From assembly GCA_026396195.1 (NCBI GenBank), contig JAPLXH010000006.1, positions 13,784-77,783 of the forward strand: a stretch of DNA of 64,000 nt, given 5' to 3'. Position 1 is the first letter of the stretch. Each line of letters begins with the position of its first letter. The notes beneath the pieces are model-generated. The model was given only the letters and a program-made list of their open reading frames with translations, was not told where the DNA came from and ran no database searches. Made by a program: the position numbers and the translations under genes. This document shows, piece after piece, positions 38,329 to 46,047 of the stretch. Source of the DNA: Candidatus Nealsonbacteria bacterium (lineage in GTDB: Bacteria; Patescibacteriota; Minisyncoccia; Minisyncoccales; JAGGXC01).

Positions 38329-40470
38329 TTATTCTGTAACAGCGCTCGGTTCAGGAGCAGCGCCCGTTGTTTCCACAACTGCTGCCGGCGGAGGTTCAAC
38401 TGCGCTCGGAGCTGGTTCCGGGCTTATTGTACTGTCTCCGCCCGTGCTTCCATCAGTTGGCGGATCGCCAGCTGGCGGATTGCCTTGAACTGAAGAGCTG
38501 TCTTGGGGCGACATAATCACTTCCTGTTCAATTGCCGGAGTTTGGTCTATTGAAATTTGTTCTTCTGTCGGATTATTTTCAATGACTGGCGGTTCTTCTA
38601 TTGGTGTTTCCTCGGCCGGTAATTCTTCTATTGGTGTTTCTTCGGTCAATGTTTCTTCGGTCAATGTTTCTTCGATAACAATTGTTCCATCATCAGTGGA
38701 AACTCCTGTTCCGCCGCCGCCTCCACCAAAAATTCCTTCGATTATTAAATCTTCCGTAGTAGTGGCGATTCCTTCCGTTGTAGTAGGAAATTCTTCTGTG
38801 GTAGTGGAAATTTCCTCGGAAGTGGTAGAACCTTCTTCAGGCAACAATCCCATAGCTTTCAAAGCTTCTATTTCTTCAGGCAATAATAATTCATAATCTA
38901 TTGGCGGACAAAAATCAGCGTCAGACATATCCCAATCTTGCACCATAAAGTTCTCCGGTCCCCAAGCCACAGCTTTTATCCTGGCAGTATGAGAAACAAC
39001 ATAATAAGTGCCTCCTATATATAAAGGTATTCTCCAGGCATAAGTACCGTCATTTTCCGTTCCTGTTGCTATCTTCCCCCAAGTAGCTCCTGAATCTCGA
39101 GAATACCAAAGGTCAATTGTTAAATCAGTGTCAGTGCCGTTTGGATTAGTGGCTGACCATTTTAAATCATAAGTTCGGCCGACATACAAAACTTCTCCGC
39201 CATTAGGCCAGATTACCGTAATTTCAGGCAATCCTAAATCTTTCCAATCCGAGGCCTGGTTTGTATCAAGGCCGGTTGGAATCCTCGCCAGCATATGGCC
39301 TTCGTTAACGTCAGGACAAGCCGGGTCAAAGGCAAAAGTGTCAGTGCCATAACTCACGGCATCATCTATTGTTCCGCTGGGCAACTTAAGAATTACCCGG
39401 TCCGAATCATTGTCTAATCCGTCCCCGATTGCGCCATCATCTAAAACAATTTTTATTATATCATCCGGAATCTGCCAGTAACTCCAGGTCGAAGCACTGC
39501 CTGTAATAATCGCAAATCCTTTGGCTGGAATAGGACTGGAAGATGGAATGACATCGGTCGAAGAATTATCTTCAATTGTCCAGCCGGAAATATCTACCGG
39601 ATTATCCAAAGGATTATATATCTCAATAAATTCGTTGCCAGGCTCTAAACCGTGGTCAGCGTCCACGTCATAATAAACTTTATTTATTTTTATTCCTCCG
39701 GCAGCAAAAGAACTGTTTATTTCTTCTGTGTCGTTAAATCCCTGGCCAAACGCTAAATCGTTTCTCGTCTGGGAGCCGTCAAAAACAAATTTTACCTGGC
39801 AAACTTCTCCGGGAACAAAAATCACATCTGAAGGCAAGGTTACGGTGAAAAGCCAATCATCTTGTTTGTCGTCGCCAATTACAATTAACGGGTCTATATT
39901 TAAATTCATCAAGCCGTCGCTGTATTTTGTTTCGCCATTTAGCTTGGCTTCTAATTTTAAAAGATTGCAAAAATCAAGATTTCCGCCGGCTTGGACTGTT
40001 TTGATATTATATTTAAATTGATTGGTATTTGCTTCTTGAATAATGCTAATTTCCCGGGTGATTGTATCCCCGGCTTTCATATTAGCAACGGTTTCTAAGG
40101 GAATAAAATTCGGAGTTGGCGAAGATAAATAAAAATCTAAAGTTCCGGCTTGATAAAAATTAGCATTGGAATCCTCTGTGTCGTTATAATAAGCAATAGT
40201 TTCGCCGATGATAGACAAGGCGTTCCAATTCAAAAGCACAATAAGCGATAAAGCTGAGATTTTCAGAATTAACTTTTTGATAAAAGCAAATTCTGATCCC
40301 GAGCGTAGCCGAAGGACTCGTCCTGCCTGTCCTGAGCGCAGTCGAAGGAAGCGCAGTCGAAGGGCTTTCTTTTTCCTTGTTTTCGCCTTAACTAACTTTG
40401 GCTTTTTCTTTCTTTTACTTTCAGCCTTAATTAGTTTGGGCTTTTTTTTCTTTATTCTTTTTAATTTCAT
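38329..40470 (-). CDS. SipW-cognate-leader TasA-like protein with lamin-tail domain (LTD) and Pro/Thr/Glu-rich tail; start codon uncertain
   Basis: IGETIAYYNDTEDSNANFYQAGTLDF leader motif. LTD: NEFIEIYNPLDNPVDISGWTIED. The only ATG (40470) gives a 65-aa Lys/Arg-rich N-region that reads through a GC-rich repeat and overlaps sipW by 44 nt. Confidence 0.75.
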   Translation of the reverse strand: MKLKRIKKKKPKLIKAESKRKKKPKLVKAKTRKKKALRLRFLRLRSGQAGRVLRLRSGSEFAFIKKLILKISALSLIVLLNWNALSIIGETIAYYNDTEDSNANFYQAGTLDFYLSSPTPNFIPLETVANMKAGDTITREISIIQEANTNQFKYNIKTVQAGGNLDFCNLLKLEAKLNGETKYSDGLMNLNIDPLIVIGDDKQDDWLFTVTLPSDVIFVPGEVCQVKFVFDGSQTRNDLAFGQGFNDTEEINSSFAAGGIKINKVYYDVDADHGLEPGNEFIEIYNPLDNPVDISGWTIEDNSSTDVIPSSSPIPAKGFAIITGSASTWSYWQIPDDIIKIVLDDGAIGDGLDNDSDRVILKLPSGTIDDAVSYGTDTFAFDPACPDVNEGHMLARIPTGLDTNQASDWKDLGLPEITVIWPNGGEVLYVGRTYDLKWSATNPNGTDTDLTIDLWYSRDSGATWGKIATGTENDGTYAWRIPLYIGGTYYVVSHTARIKAVAWGPENFMVQDWDMSDADFCPPIDYELLLPEEIEALKAMGLLPEEGSTTSEEISTTTEEFPTTTEGIATTTEDLIIEGIFGGGGGGTGVSTDDGTIVIEETLTEETLTEETPIEELPAEETPIEEPPVIENNPTEEQISIDQTPAIEQEVIMSPQDSSSVQGNPPAGDPPTDGSTGGDSTISPEPAPSAVEPPPAAVVETTGAAPEPSAVTE
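40298..40364. repeat. GC-rich palindromic units (CCGAGCGTAGCCGAAGG, CCTGAGCGCAGTCGAAGG, GCGCAGTCGAAGGG) inside the 5' part of ORF 38329..40470
   Basis: Same unit family as 45511-45642, 50619-50684 and 54108-54620. Here it is translated as LRLRFLRLRSGQAGRVLRLRSG. Confidence 0.75.
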
Positions 40471-41032
40471 GTATTATTTTCTTGATTTCGTCAAAAATAA
40501 TCACGAGGGCAGGAGCTATAATTAACAAAGCGAATCCCATGGGCTGTTTTGCGAAATTAACCACGTAGCCTAAATAAGGGATTGAAAAAACGACCTTTCC
40601 TAAAACTTCTTTTTTCTGGACTTCTCTGGCGTCAGGCGCATTATTGGCGTCCCCTTTAGTAATATAAACAACATTTCCTTCGTTAACTTTAATGTCAAAA
40701 ATTCTGTGGCTGGTCGGCGCTTTGGTTTTTGTCACCGGCCCGAAAGTAATCACGTCTCCGATTTTATAATCTGCTTGCCCTGAGCCTGCCGAAGGGAGCG
40801 GTTTCACCATCACCAAGCTTCCGGTTTTAATCTGGGGCGCCATTGAACCTGACTGCACAATCATAAATTTAATATTTCCGGTAACCGGAAAAACCGAAAC
40901 AATCAGCAAGCCTGCAACCAAAACTATAAAAATCAGAAATATGTAATAAACCCACCCACTTAAACGGGTGAAACGTTTATTTGTTTTTATTTCTTGAAGA
41001 ATAGGTTTTTTTGTTTTTTCTGATTCTTCCAT
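40427..41032 (-). CDS. sipW: signal peptidase I, archaeal/ER (SipW) type
   Basis: IVQSGSMAPQIKTGSLVMV (Ser), APTSHRIF (His), YITKGDANNAPD; N- and C-terminal TM segments. Confidence 0.85.
   Translation of the reverse strand: MEESEKTKKPILQEIKTNKRFTRLSGWVYYIFLIFIVLVAGLLIVSVFPVTGNIKFMIVQSGSMAPQIKTGSLVMVKPLPSAGSGQADYKIGDVITFGPVTKTKAPTSHRIFDIKVNEGNVVYITKGDANNAPDAREVQKKEVLGKVVFSIPYLGYVVNFAKQPMGFALLIIAPALVIIFDEIKKIIHEIKKNKEKKAQTN
40773..40799. repeat. single palindromic unit GCTTGCCCTGAGCCTGCCGAAGGGAGC lying in-frame inside sipW
   Basis: It shares the 12-mer GCTTGCCCTGAG with 54191-54202. It encodes the extra loop PLPSAGSGQA between the conserved VMVKP and DYKIGDVITF. Confidence 0.6.
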
Positions 41033-41078
41033 ATTATTTTAAGTGGGAGGGTAAATTTTTGAATGCTTTCATAAAGAT

Positions 41079-41124
41079 TTTAGCGACTGTCCCACATCCA
41101 CAAGTTGTGAGGCAGTCTAAAAAG
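41079..41124 (-). repeat. conserved 46-bp hairpin element, copy 1 (17 nt after the stop of 41141..42916)
   Basis: TTAGCGACTGTCCCACATCCACAAGTTGTGAGGCAGTCTAAAAAG. It is ~90% identical to copy 2. Confidence 0.8.
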
Positions 41125-41140
41125 CTTTAATTAATAAATA

Positions 41141-42916
41141 TTAAGGCGTCACTACATTTGCATCAAACAAAGCAGAGCTAGGCAATATACCGTCTCCAAC
41201 ATTTTCTACTTTCAATTCCAAAGTGTAAACTCCGGCAGATGGTGCTGTAAAGCTCCAATGAGTCCAAGGGGTTTCGCCATAATTTCCGGTTCCTGCAACG
41301 CTTGCAGACCATGGAGTTATTGAACCTCCGCTAACGACAACCACTGCGGCGTCATCATCAAATGGAAGATAATCCTTGGCATCAAAAGCTGCCCATCCCT
41401 CAAGTTTTTCTCCGGCAGATAATGTAATTTGCTGACTGGCGATTGTATAGACATTTTGCTGACCTGCAGTCAAAACTAAAAACTTATTTCCTTCTACAGG
41501 ATTATAAGTAGTGTTTTGGTCGCTCACATAAGAACCCACTACAGCGTTTTGACCTGTTACAGTCCAACCGGTAGTGTCTCCTGTTTCAAAACCGCCGTTT
41601 ACCAACTGATGAGGATTAAGGCTTTCACAAGTAAAGTTACTGTTGTTTCTCCATTGCTCGGCATAAGCTGTAAGGTCGGCAATAAGCTGGTCGCTTTGGG
41701 CAATATCGCTTACTCCGGAACCATCACAAGTGATTATACCATTAACTGTGTCCACAATTTGATTTCCGAAACACCAAGCTAAGCCGACATATTTTGTCGT
41801 ATCGCCGGGTATTTGCGGTAATTGAGTAGAATCAGCAATTTTAAGTGTTGCAACCGGATTAGCTAATGACCCTTGGAATAATGTTGCTTCACCAGCATCA
41901 TATACTCCGTCTTGGTCAGCATCGTTCCAGCCGAACACTTTAATAAACTGTGAAAGCTCTCCCATATTCTCAGTTACATCTCCGGCTTTCTTTTCAGGAT
42001 TCAACCATGTATTTTCAAGTTCCTGTTTATTGTTAACTAACAAACAAGCCCATGAATCGTTGTCATAAACATGCAAGCTGATAAGATTTGTTCCTCTGTC
42101 TCCGGGTTTCACATCGTCAAAATTCCAGAAATGTTCATTCACTAAATCTTTTTCGCCCCAAAGTTGACAGTGACTCTTAAAGTAATTATCCTGACAATTT
42201 CCGCTAATGAAAAATTTATAAATAAGTCCTCCGGGATTTTTCCAATAAGTGCCGTCCGCTAACGCCCAGTTCTTAACTTCAAAAGTAAGAACATTTGTAC
42301 CCTGCACTATATGGTCATTAACGTCTGCCGCTGGAATATGAAGCATATGTTCTTCCTGATAACCTTGCTCCATTGGATTCGTAGCGATTGTTTCACCATT
42401 AAGTTTAACCACTATACTATTGTCGGAACCAATAGCAAATAACAAATCCGACGAAAGAATCGGCCCATACCACTCAAATGTTTTCTCAAAAGTGTAAGTG
42501 ACATCAACTCTGGTATCTGCGTCTTGAGTTGGGTCTGATTCCCAAATCCACTTGGCTCCGGCAGCTGCAAGCTGAGAATCATTCTGTGCTGTCCAGGCAG
42601 AATGAAACCAGTTGGGAGCACTAAACATAGGAGGTTGAGTACTTCCAACAAACACTGCAGGATAAGGAGTGACGGATGAACCATCTTTCTTGACCACAAT
42701 ATTAGTTGGGTCACTTATAAGGGTAAGATTACAAGTATTGCAATCTACGCCGTTATAAGTTTGTCTCAAATGGTCAACTTTCAAATCCAACGAACCTGCA
42801 ACTAAAATGTTGCCAGTACTGGTTTCTGTGTCATTGAATAAAGCAATCGTTGCACCAATAGCAACAACAGCAATTATTCCGACTATGCTTAAACTGATTA
42901 ATAATTTTTTATTCAT
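41141..42916 (-). CDS. TasA-like secreted protein 3 (591 aa) with two beta-sandwich/lectin-like inserts
   Basis: Leader MNKKLLISLSIVGIIAVVAIGATIALFNDTETSTGNILVAGSLDLKVDH. C-terminal AQSDQLIADLTAYAEQWRNN. Then a GFETGDTTGWTV CBM-like domain. Confidence 0.8.
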   Translation of the reverse strand: MNKKLLISLSIVGIIAVVAIGATIALFNDTETSTGNILVAGSLDLKVDHLRQTYNGVDCNTCNLTLISDPTNIVVKKDGSSVTPYPAVFVGSTQPPMFSAPNWFHSAWTAQNDSQLAAAGAKWIWESDPTQDADTRVDVTYTFEKTFEWYGPILSSDLLFAIGSDNSIVVKLNGETIATNPMEQGYQEEHMLHIPAADVNDHIVQGTNVLTFEVKNWALADGTYWKNPGGLIYKFFISGNCQDNYFKSHCQLWGEKDLVNEHFWNFDDVKPGDRGTNLISLHVYDNDSWACLLVNNKQELENTWLNPEKKAGDVTENMGELSQFIKVFGWNDADQDGVYDAGEATLFQGSLANPVATLKIADSTQLPQIPGDTTKYVGLAWCFGNQIVDTVNGIITCDGSGVSDIAQSDQLIADLTAYAEQWRNNSNFTCESLNPHQLVNGGFETGDTTGWTVTGQNAVVGSYVSDQNTTYNPVEGNKFLVLTAGQQNVYTIASQQITLSAGEKLEGWAAFDAKDYLPFDDDAAVVVVSGGSITPWSASVAGTGNYGETPWTHWSFTAPSAGVYTLELKVENVGDGILPSSALFDANVVTP

Positions 42917-42998
42917 TGTTATTTTTTAATTTTTATTTATCGATTATATTTTTATTCCCTCCAAAATTCGACCTTTTGGTTTTTAATAAATTAAAACC

Positions 42999-43044
42999 TT
43001 TAGCGACTGTCTCACGTCCACAAGTCGTGAGGCAGTCTAAAAAG
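42999..43044 (-). repeat. conserved 46-bp hairpin element, copy 2 (17 nt after the stop of 43061..44398)
   Basis: TTTAGCGACTGTCTCACGTCCACAAGTCGTGAGGCAGTCTAAAAAG, with an ~11-bp stem. Confidence 0.8.
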
Positions 43045-43060
43045 TTTCGAGAGTTAAGTA

Positions 43061-44398
43061 TTACTGTTTTATTGATTGATTCCAGTTAGGACAAACAAAG
43101 TTTTCATTATTTCTCTGTTGTTCTGCGTAAGCTGTAATTGAAGCAGTGAATGAATCTGTCTGGGCAATATTACCCATTGAAGAACCGTCGCAGGAAATTA
43201 TATTTCCAACAACTGTCTGTGTCCCAGCACACCAAGCAAGTCCAACATATTTAGTATTGGATGCTGTAAGAGGAATCTTACCTATTGCTGTGGTAAGTGG
43301 AACGTTTGGTCCAACAATTATAGAGCTCGGTCCGTCATCATAAATATTATTTTGGTTAATATCTTCCCAGGCAAATATTTTTATGAATGGCGAAAGTTCA
43401 CCCGTTGCTAAAGTATCACCCAATGCTAACTCTGGATCTACAAGTGTATTATCCAAATCAACAATGTCGTGAGTCATTATACAAGCATATGCATCGTTGT
43501 TGTAAGCGTGCAAGCTGATGATATTTACGCCGTAATCTCCGGGTTTAACATCACCATAATGCCAATAATAATCACCCTGTCCCAAATCTTTCAAGTCCCA
43601 AAGAGTGCAAGTTCCGCCGGTAATCTGGTAGGTGCAGTTATAAGGATGAACGCTAACGTTGTCCAAAAATATGCCTAAGGAATTATCAGTTCCGCCGCCA
43701 ATAAATTCTACTTTTGTAGAAGCATTGGTTGCAGTAAATTCTTTAGTATATTCTGTCCAAAGTATGCTTCCTCCTCCTGCAACTGGACCTACTGTCTGGG
43801 CCAAAACATCATCTATCTCAACATTAAGAATGTTTTCTCCGCTGCCTGTATTAGGACGCGGTGAAAAATAATAATGAAGTTTATACTTTGCACCCGGAGT
43901 GGTAGGAATGTTCTGATAAATTTTTACCAAAGCTGGCTCGCCATTCAAAGGATGATTGGGTCCGAACCAGTCAGAATCAAGTTCTGCATACTGGTCGCCA
44001 TCCTGGGCGTTACCAAGAACTCCTTCATGATATTCAACCAAAGCCGGGGCAGGCCTGTCATAACCGCCGTAACTTGTTTGGGATCCTGCCCACTCAACGG
44101 TCCAAATAAGTCCCGATGCGCCAGATTGGAATATCTCCCATTTAGCAGGGTCGGTAACTTCGGGCACTTCAAAACTTCCATTTTGGATGAGGTTGACGCT
44201 TGGATTCTCAACGCAATCTTTTACGCATTCGTTTCCGTCATACATTGCGTATTTATGGTCAACTTTCAAATCCATTGTGCCTGCAACTAAAATGTTGCCT
44301 GTGGATGTCTCGGTGTCGTTGTAGTAGGCAATCGTTGCTCCAATTCCAATCGCAGCAACTACTCCAATAATACTTAAGCTAATTAATATTTTTTTCAT
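43061..44398 (-). CDS. TasA-like secreted protein 2 (445 aa) with DUF642-like jelly-roll insert
   Basis: Leader MKKILISLSIIGVVAAIGIGATIAYYNDTETSTGNILVAGTMDLKVDH. Insert IQNGSFEVPEV...YAELDSDW...VKIYQNIPTTPGAKYKLHYYFSPRP. C-terminal AQTDSFTASITAYAEQQRNN. SD AAGGAGG upstream. Confidence 0.8.
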   Translation of the reverse strand: MKKILISLSIIGVVAAIGIGATIAYYNDTETSTGNILVAGTMDLKVDHKYAMYDGNECVKDCVENPSVNLIQNGSFEVPEVTDPAKWEIFQSGASGLIWTVEWAGSQTSYGGYDRPAPALVEYHEGVLGNAQDGDQYAELDSDWFGPNHPLNGEPALVKIYQNIPTTPGAKYKLHYYFSPRPNTGSGENILNVEIDDVLAQTVGPVAGGGSILWTEYTKEFTATNASTKVEFIGGGTDNSLGIFLDNVSVHPYNCTYQITGGTCTLWDLKDLGQGDYYWHYGDVKPGDYGVNIISLHAYNNDAYACIMTHDIVDLDNTLVDPELALGDTLATGELSPFIKIFAWEDINQNNIYDDGPSSIIVGPNVPLTTAIGKIPLTASNTKYVGLAWCAGTQTVVGNIISCDGSSMGNIAQTDSFTASITAYAEQQRNNENFVCPNWNQSIKQ

Positions 44399-44426
44399 AA
44401 CTTATTTTTTTCCTCCTTTCAAAAAA

Positions 44427-45203
44427 TTAATCTTGTAGCCAATCTCCGGTTGGACAACCGCTATCAAATTGATTTCTTTTCTGTAAAGCATCAATAGTTA
44501 AATCAGCATTGAAAGAATCTGATTGTGTTTTATTATCAAGTAAAGCACCGTTACAAGTTCCATCTTGATTCCATGTTCCAAAACAATATGCAATACCATA
44601 GCATTGTGCATTTACTTCGGTTATTGGAAGTTCTCCAATGCCATACTCTTTATCTTCTGTAATTGTGCCTGAAGTTAATATTGGTTCAAACTGACCAACG
44701 TAATCGTTATCACATTCGCTAAGATCTTGTGGGCCTTGAAATCCAGGAGTAACGCCTTGATCCAGCCAAACAATGAAACTAACATTATCATTTAACTCAC
44801 CTGTCTCATCGCAACCAGCGACGGTTCCGGGAAGATCAGGATTTCCCATCATTTCATCTTTTCCTTCGGGCGTAGTACAAGTATTATCTGAATCCTCAGT
44901 TACATCAATAGAAACCTTTCCACAAGAAGGGTTATCATCAACCCATAATCTTACTGTTTTTTCACCAGTATCACCGGGTTTCATATCTCCTAAAGGAAAA
45001 GTCACTCCATCAAAAAGAGGAGCACCATTTACATCTGTCCATGGTCCTGCCGCACCCCCAACTTGGAATCTTAAATCCAAGCTACCAGCAGTGAAAGTGT
45101 TGCCAGTGCTGGTCTCTGTGTCGCTGAAATAAGCAATGGTTCCGCCCACTGCTATTGCAGAAGCTGCGCCAATTATGGCTAAGCTTAAAATTATTTTTTT
45201 CAT
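44427..45203 (-). CDS. TasA-like secreted protein 1 (258 aa, minimal form; candidate major subunit)
   Basis: Leader MKKIILSLAIIGAASAIAVGGTIAYFSDTETSTGNTFTAGSLDLRF; MKPGDTGEKTVRLW; C-terminal TQSDSFNADLTIDALQKRN. Confidence 0.8.
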   Translation of the reverse strand: MKKIILSLAIIGAASAIAVGGTIAYFSDTETSTGNTFTAGSLDLRFQVGGAAGPWTDVNGAPLFDGVTFPLGDMKPGDTGEKTVRLWVDDNPSCGKVSIDVTEDSDNTCTTPEGKDEMMGNPDLPGTVAGCDETGELNDNVSFIVWLDQGVTPGFQGPQDLSECDNDYVGQFEPILTSGTITEDKEYGIGELPITEVNAQCYGIAYCFGTWNQDGTCNGALLDNKTQSDSFNADLTIDALQKRNQFDSGCPTGDWLQD

Positions 45204-45510
45204 AGTGTATTTTGTATTTTTTCTTTCCCCCGTTAACCTGCCAAAGCAAGTTAAACGGAGTTAGTTATTTTTAATTTATTTCCCGTGTAGCCCACGGTGG
45301 CTCGACCTTGTTAGGGTCTCACCGCAGTATTTTTCAACTACGGATTAATTACGCCCTGAATCATACCCCAAACCCAAAAGGGTCAGGTCGCCCGAAACTC
45401 CTCCGGTTCGGGACATATTTCAGGGTTGAAACCCTTGCCGCCACATCTAATTTTTTAGATACGCCGGCAAAGATTACTTCCTGGCCGTTTATATATATAT
45501 GTAAATGTAA

Positions 45511-45642
45511 CACTTCGACGGAGTTTATGGTGAGTTTATCGAACCACTCAGGGCAAACCCTTCGACTCGCTTCGCTCGCTTCCTTCGACGAACTCAGGAC
45601 AAGCAGGACAAGTCCTTCGACAAGCTCAGGGTAAACAAAAAC
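45511..45642. repeat. cluster of GC-rich palindromic units (CTTCGAC-N-CTCAGG type)
   Basis: CACTTCGACGGAG..., CACTCAGGGCAAACCCTTCGAC, CCTTCGACGAACTCAGGAC, CCTTCGACAAGCTCAGGGTAAACAAAAACC. The last matches 54121-54146. Confidence 0.8.
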
Positions 45643-45876
45643 CGTTCAAACAAAGAACGGCAAAATTAAATTTCTCTCTCCCATTTTTATAAATTAAATT
45701 TTCTCTAATTTTTTCGCAATGTGAAAAAATCACTTGGTCTGATCTAGTTCCTCCGCTAGATAATTATCCAATTTAATACTTATTCAATTTATGATATTCT
45801 AAATAAAAGGTCAAGTGATAAAAGGAAAAGTTTTCCAAAAGTTTTCCACCATTTAATCCACACCAATTTTTCTTCT

Positions 45877-45949
45877 AAAATGTCGTCCGCGGGCACCGAA
45901 ATTAGGGAGGAACTTATCATCTAAAAACGGTGCCCAAGGACGGCATTTT
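45877..45949. repeat. 22-bp near-perfect inverted repeat around a 29-nt loop
   Basis: AAAATGTCGTCCGCGGGCACCG ... CGGTGCCCAAGGACGGCATTTT (20 of 22 complementary). Confidence 0.7.
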
Positions 45950-46020
45950 AATTTCTAGTCCGATTTATCGGACTGAATGAATCTTGTTTATTTTATCTAC
46001 AGAAATTCATTCACTCAATT

Positions 46021-46047
46021 TTAAAAGCGTAGCATGTTAGCTACGCT
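46021..46047 (-). terminator. probable terminator of the sortase operon
   Basis: The minus strand reads AGCGTAGC-taacat-GCTACGCT followed by TTTTAA. It lies ~105 nt after the stop at 46154. Confidence 0.5.

Noticed and set aside
42412-42714. Same-strand internal ORFs inside the tasA-like genes (42412..42714, 43945..44211) and 27866..28066 inside the Cys-rich gene.
   Set aside because: They are alternative frames of well-supported longer ORFs, with no independent start signals or recognisable motifs.
45290-45470. Considered SRP RNA, tmRNA, RNase P RNA or a c-di-GMP riboswitch for the GC-rich structured block (partial look-alikes GGGUCAGGUC and GGGGUAUGAUUCAGG).
   Set aside because: I could not find the defining motifs: the SRP helix-8 GGAA/AGCA loops, the tmRNA tRNA-like 3' end, the RNase P GAGGAAAGUCC, or GEMM conserved cores. 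It is kept only as an unknown structured region in the findings.
45308-45634. 108-aa plus-strand ORF in the long spacer (…MVSLSNHSGQTLRLASLASFDELRTSRTSPSTSSG).
   Set aside because: Its C-terminal half is just a read-through of the palindromic repeat units (45511-45642). The rest is hairpin-rich GC-rich spacer, and no RBS or promoter is present.
45877-45949. 22-bp inverted repeat considered as an invertible promoter (inverton).
   Set aside because: The arms enclose only 29 nt, too little for an invertible promoter segment, and no recombinase gene is nearby. A simple hairpin is more likely.
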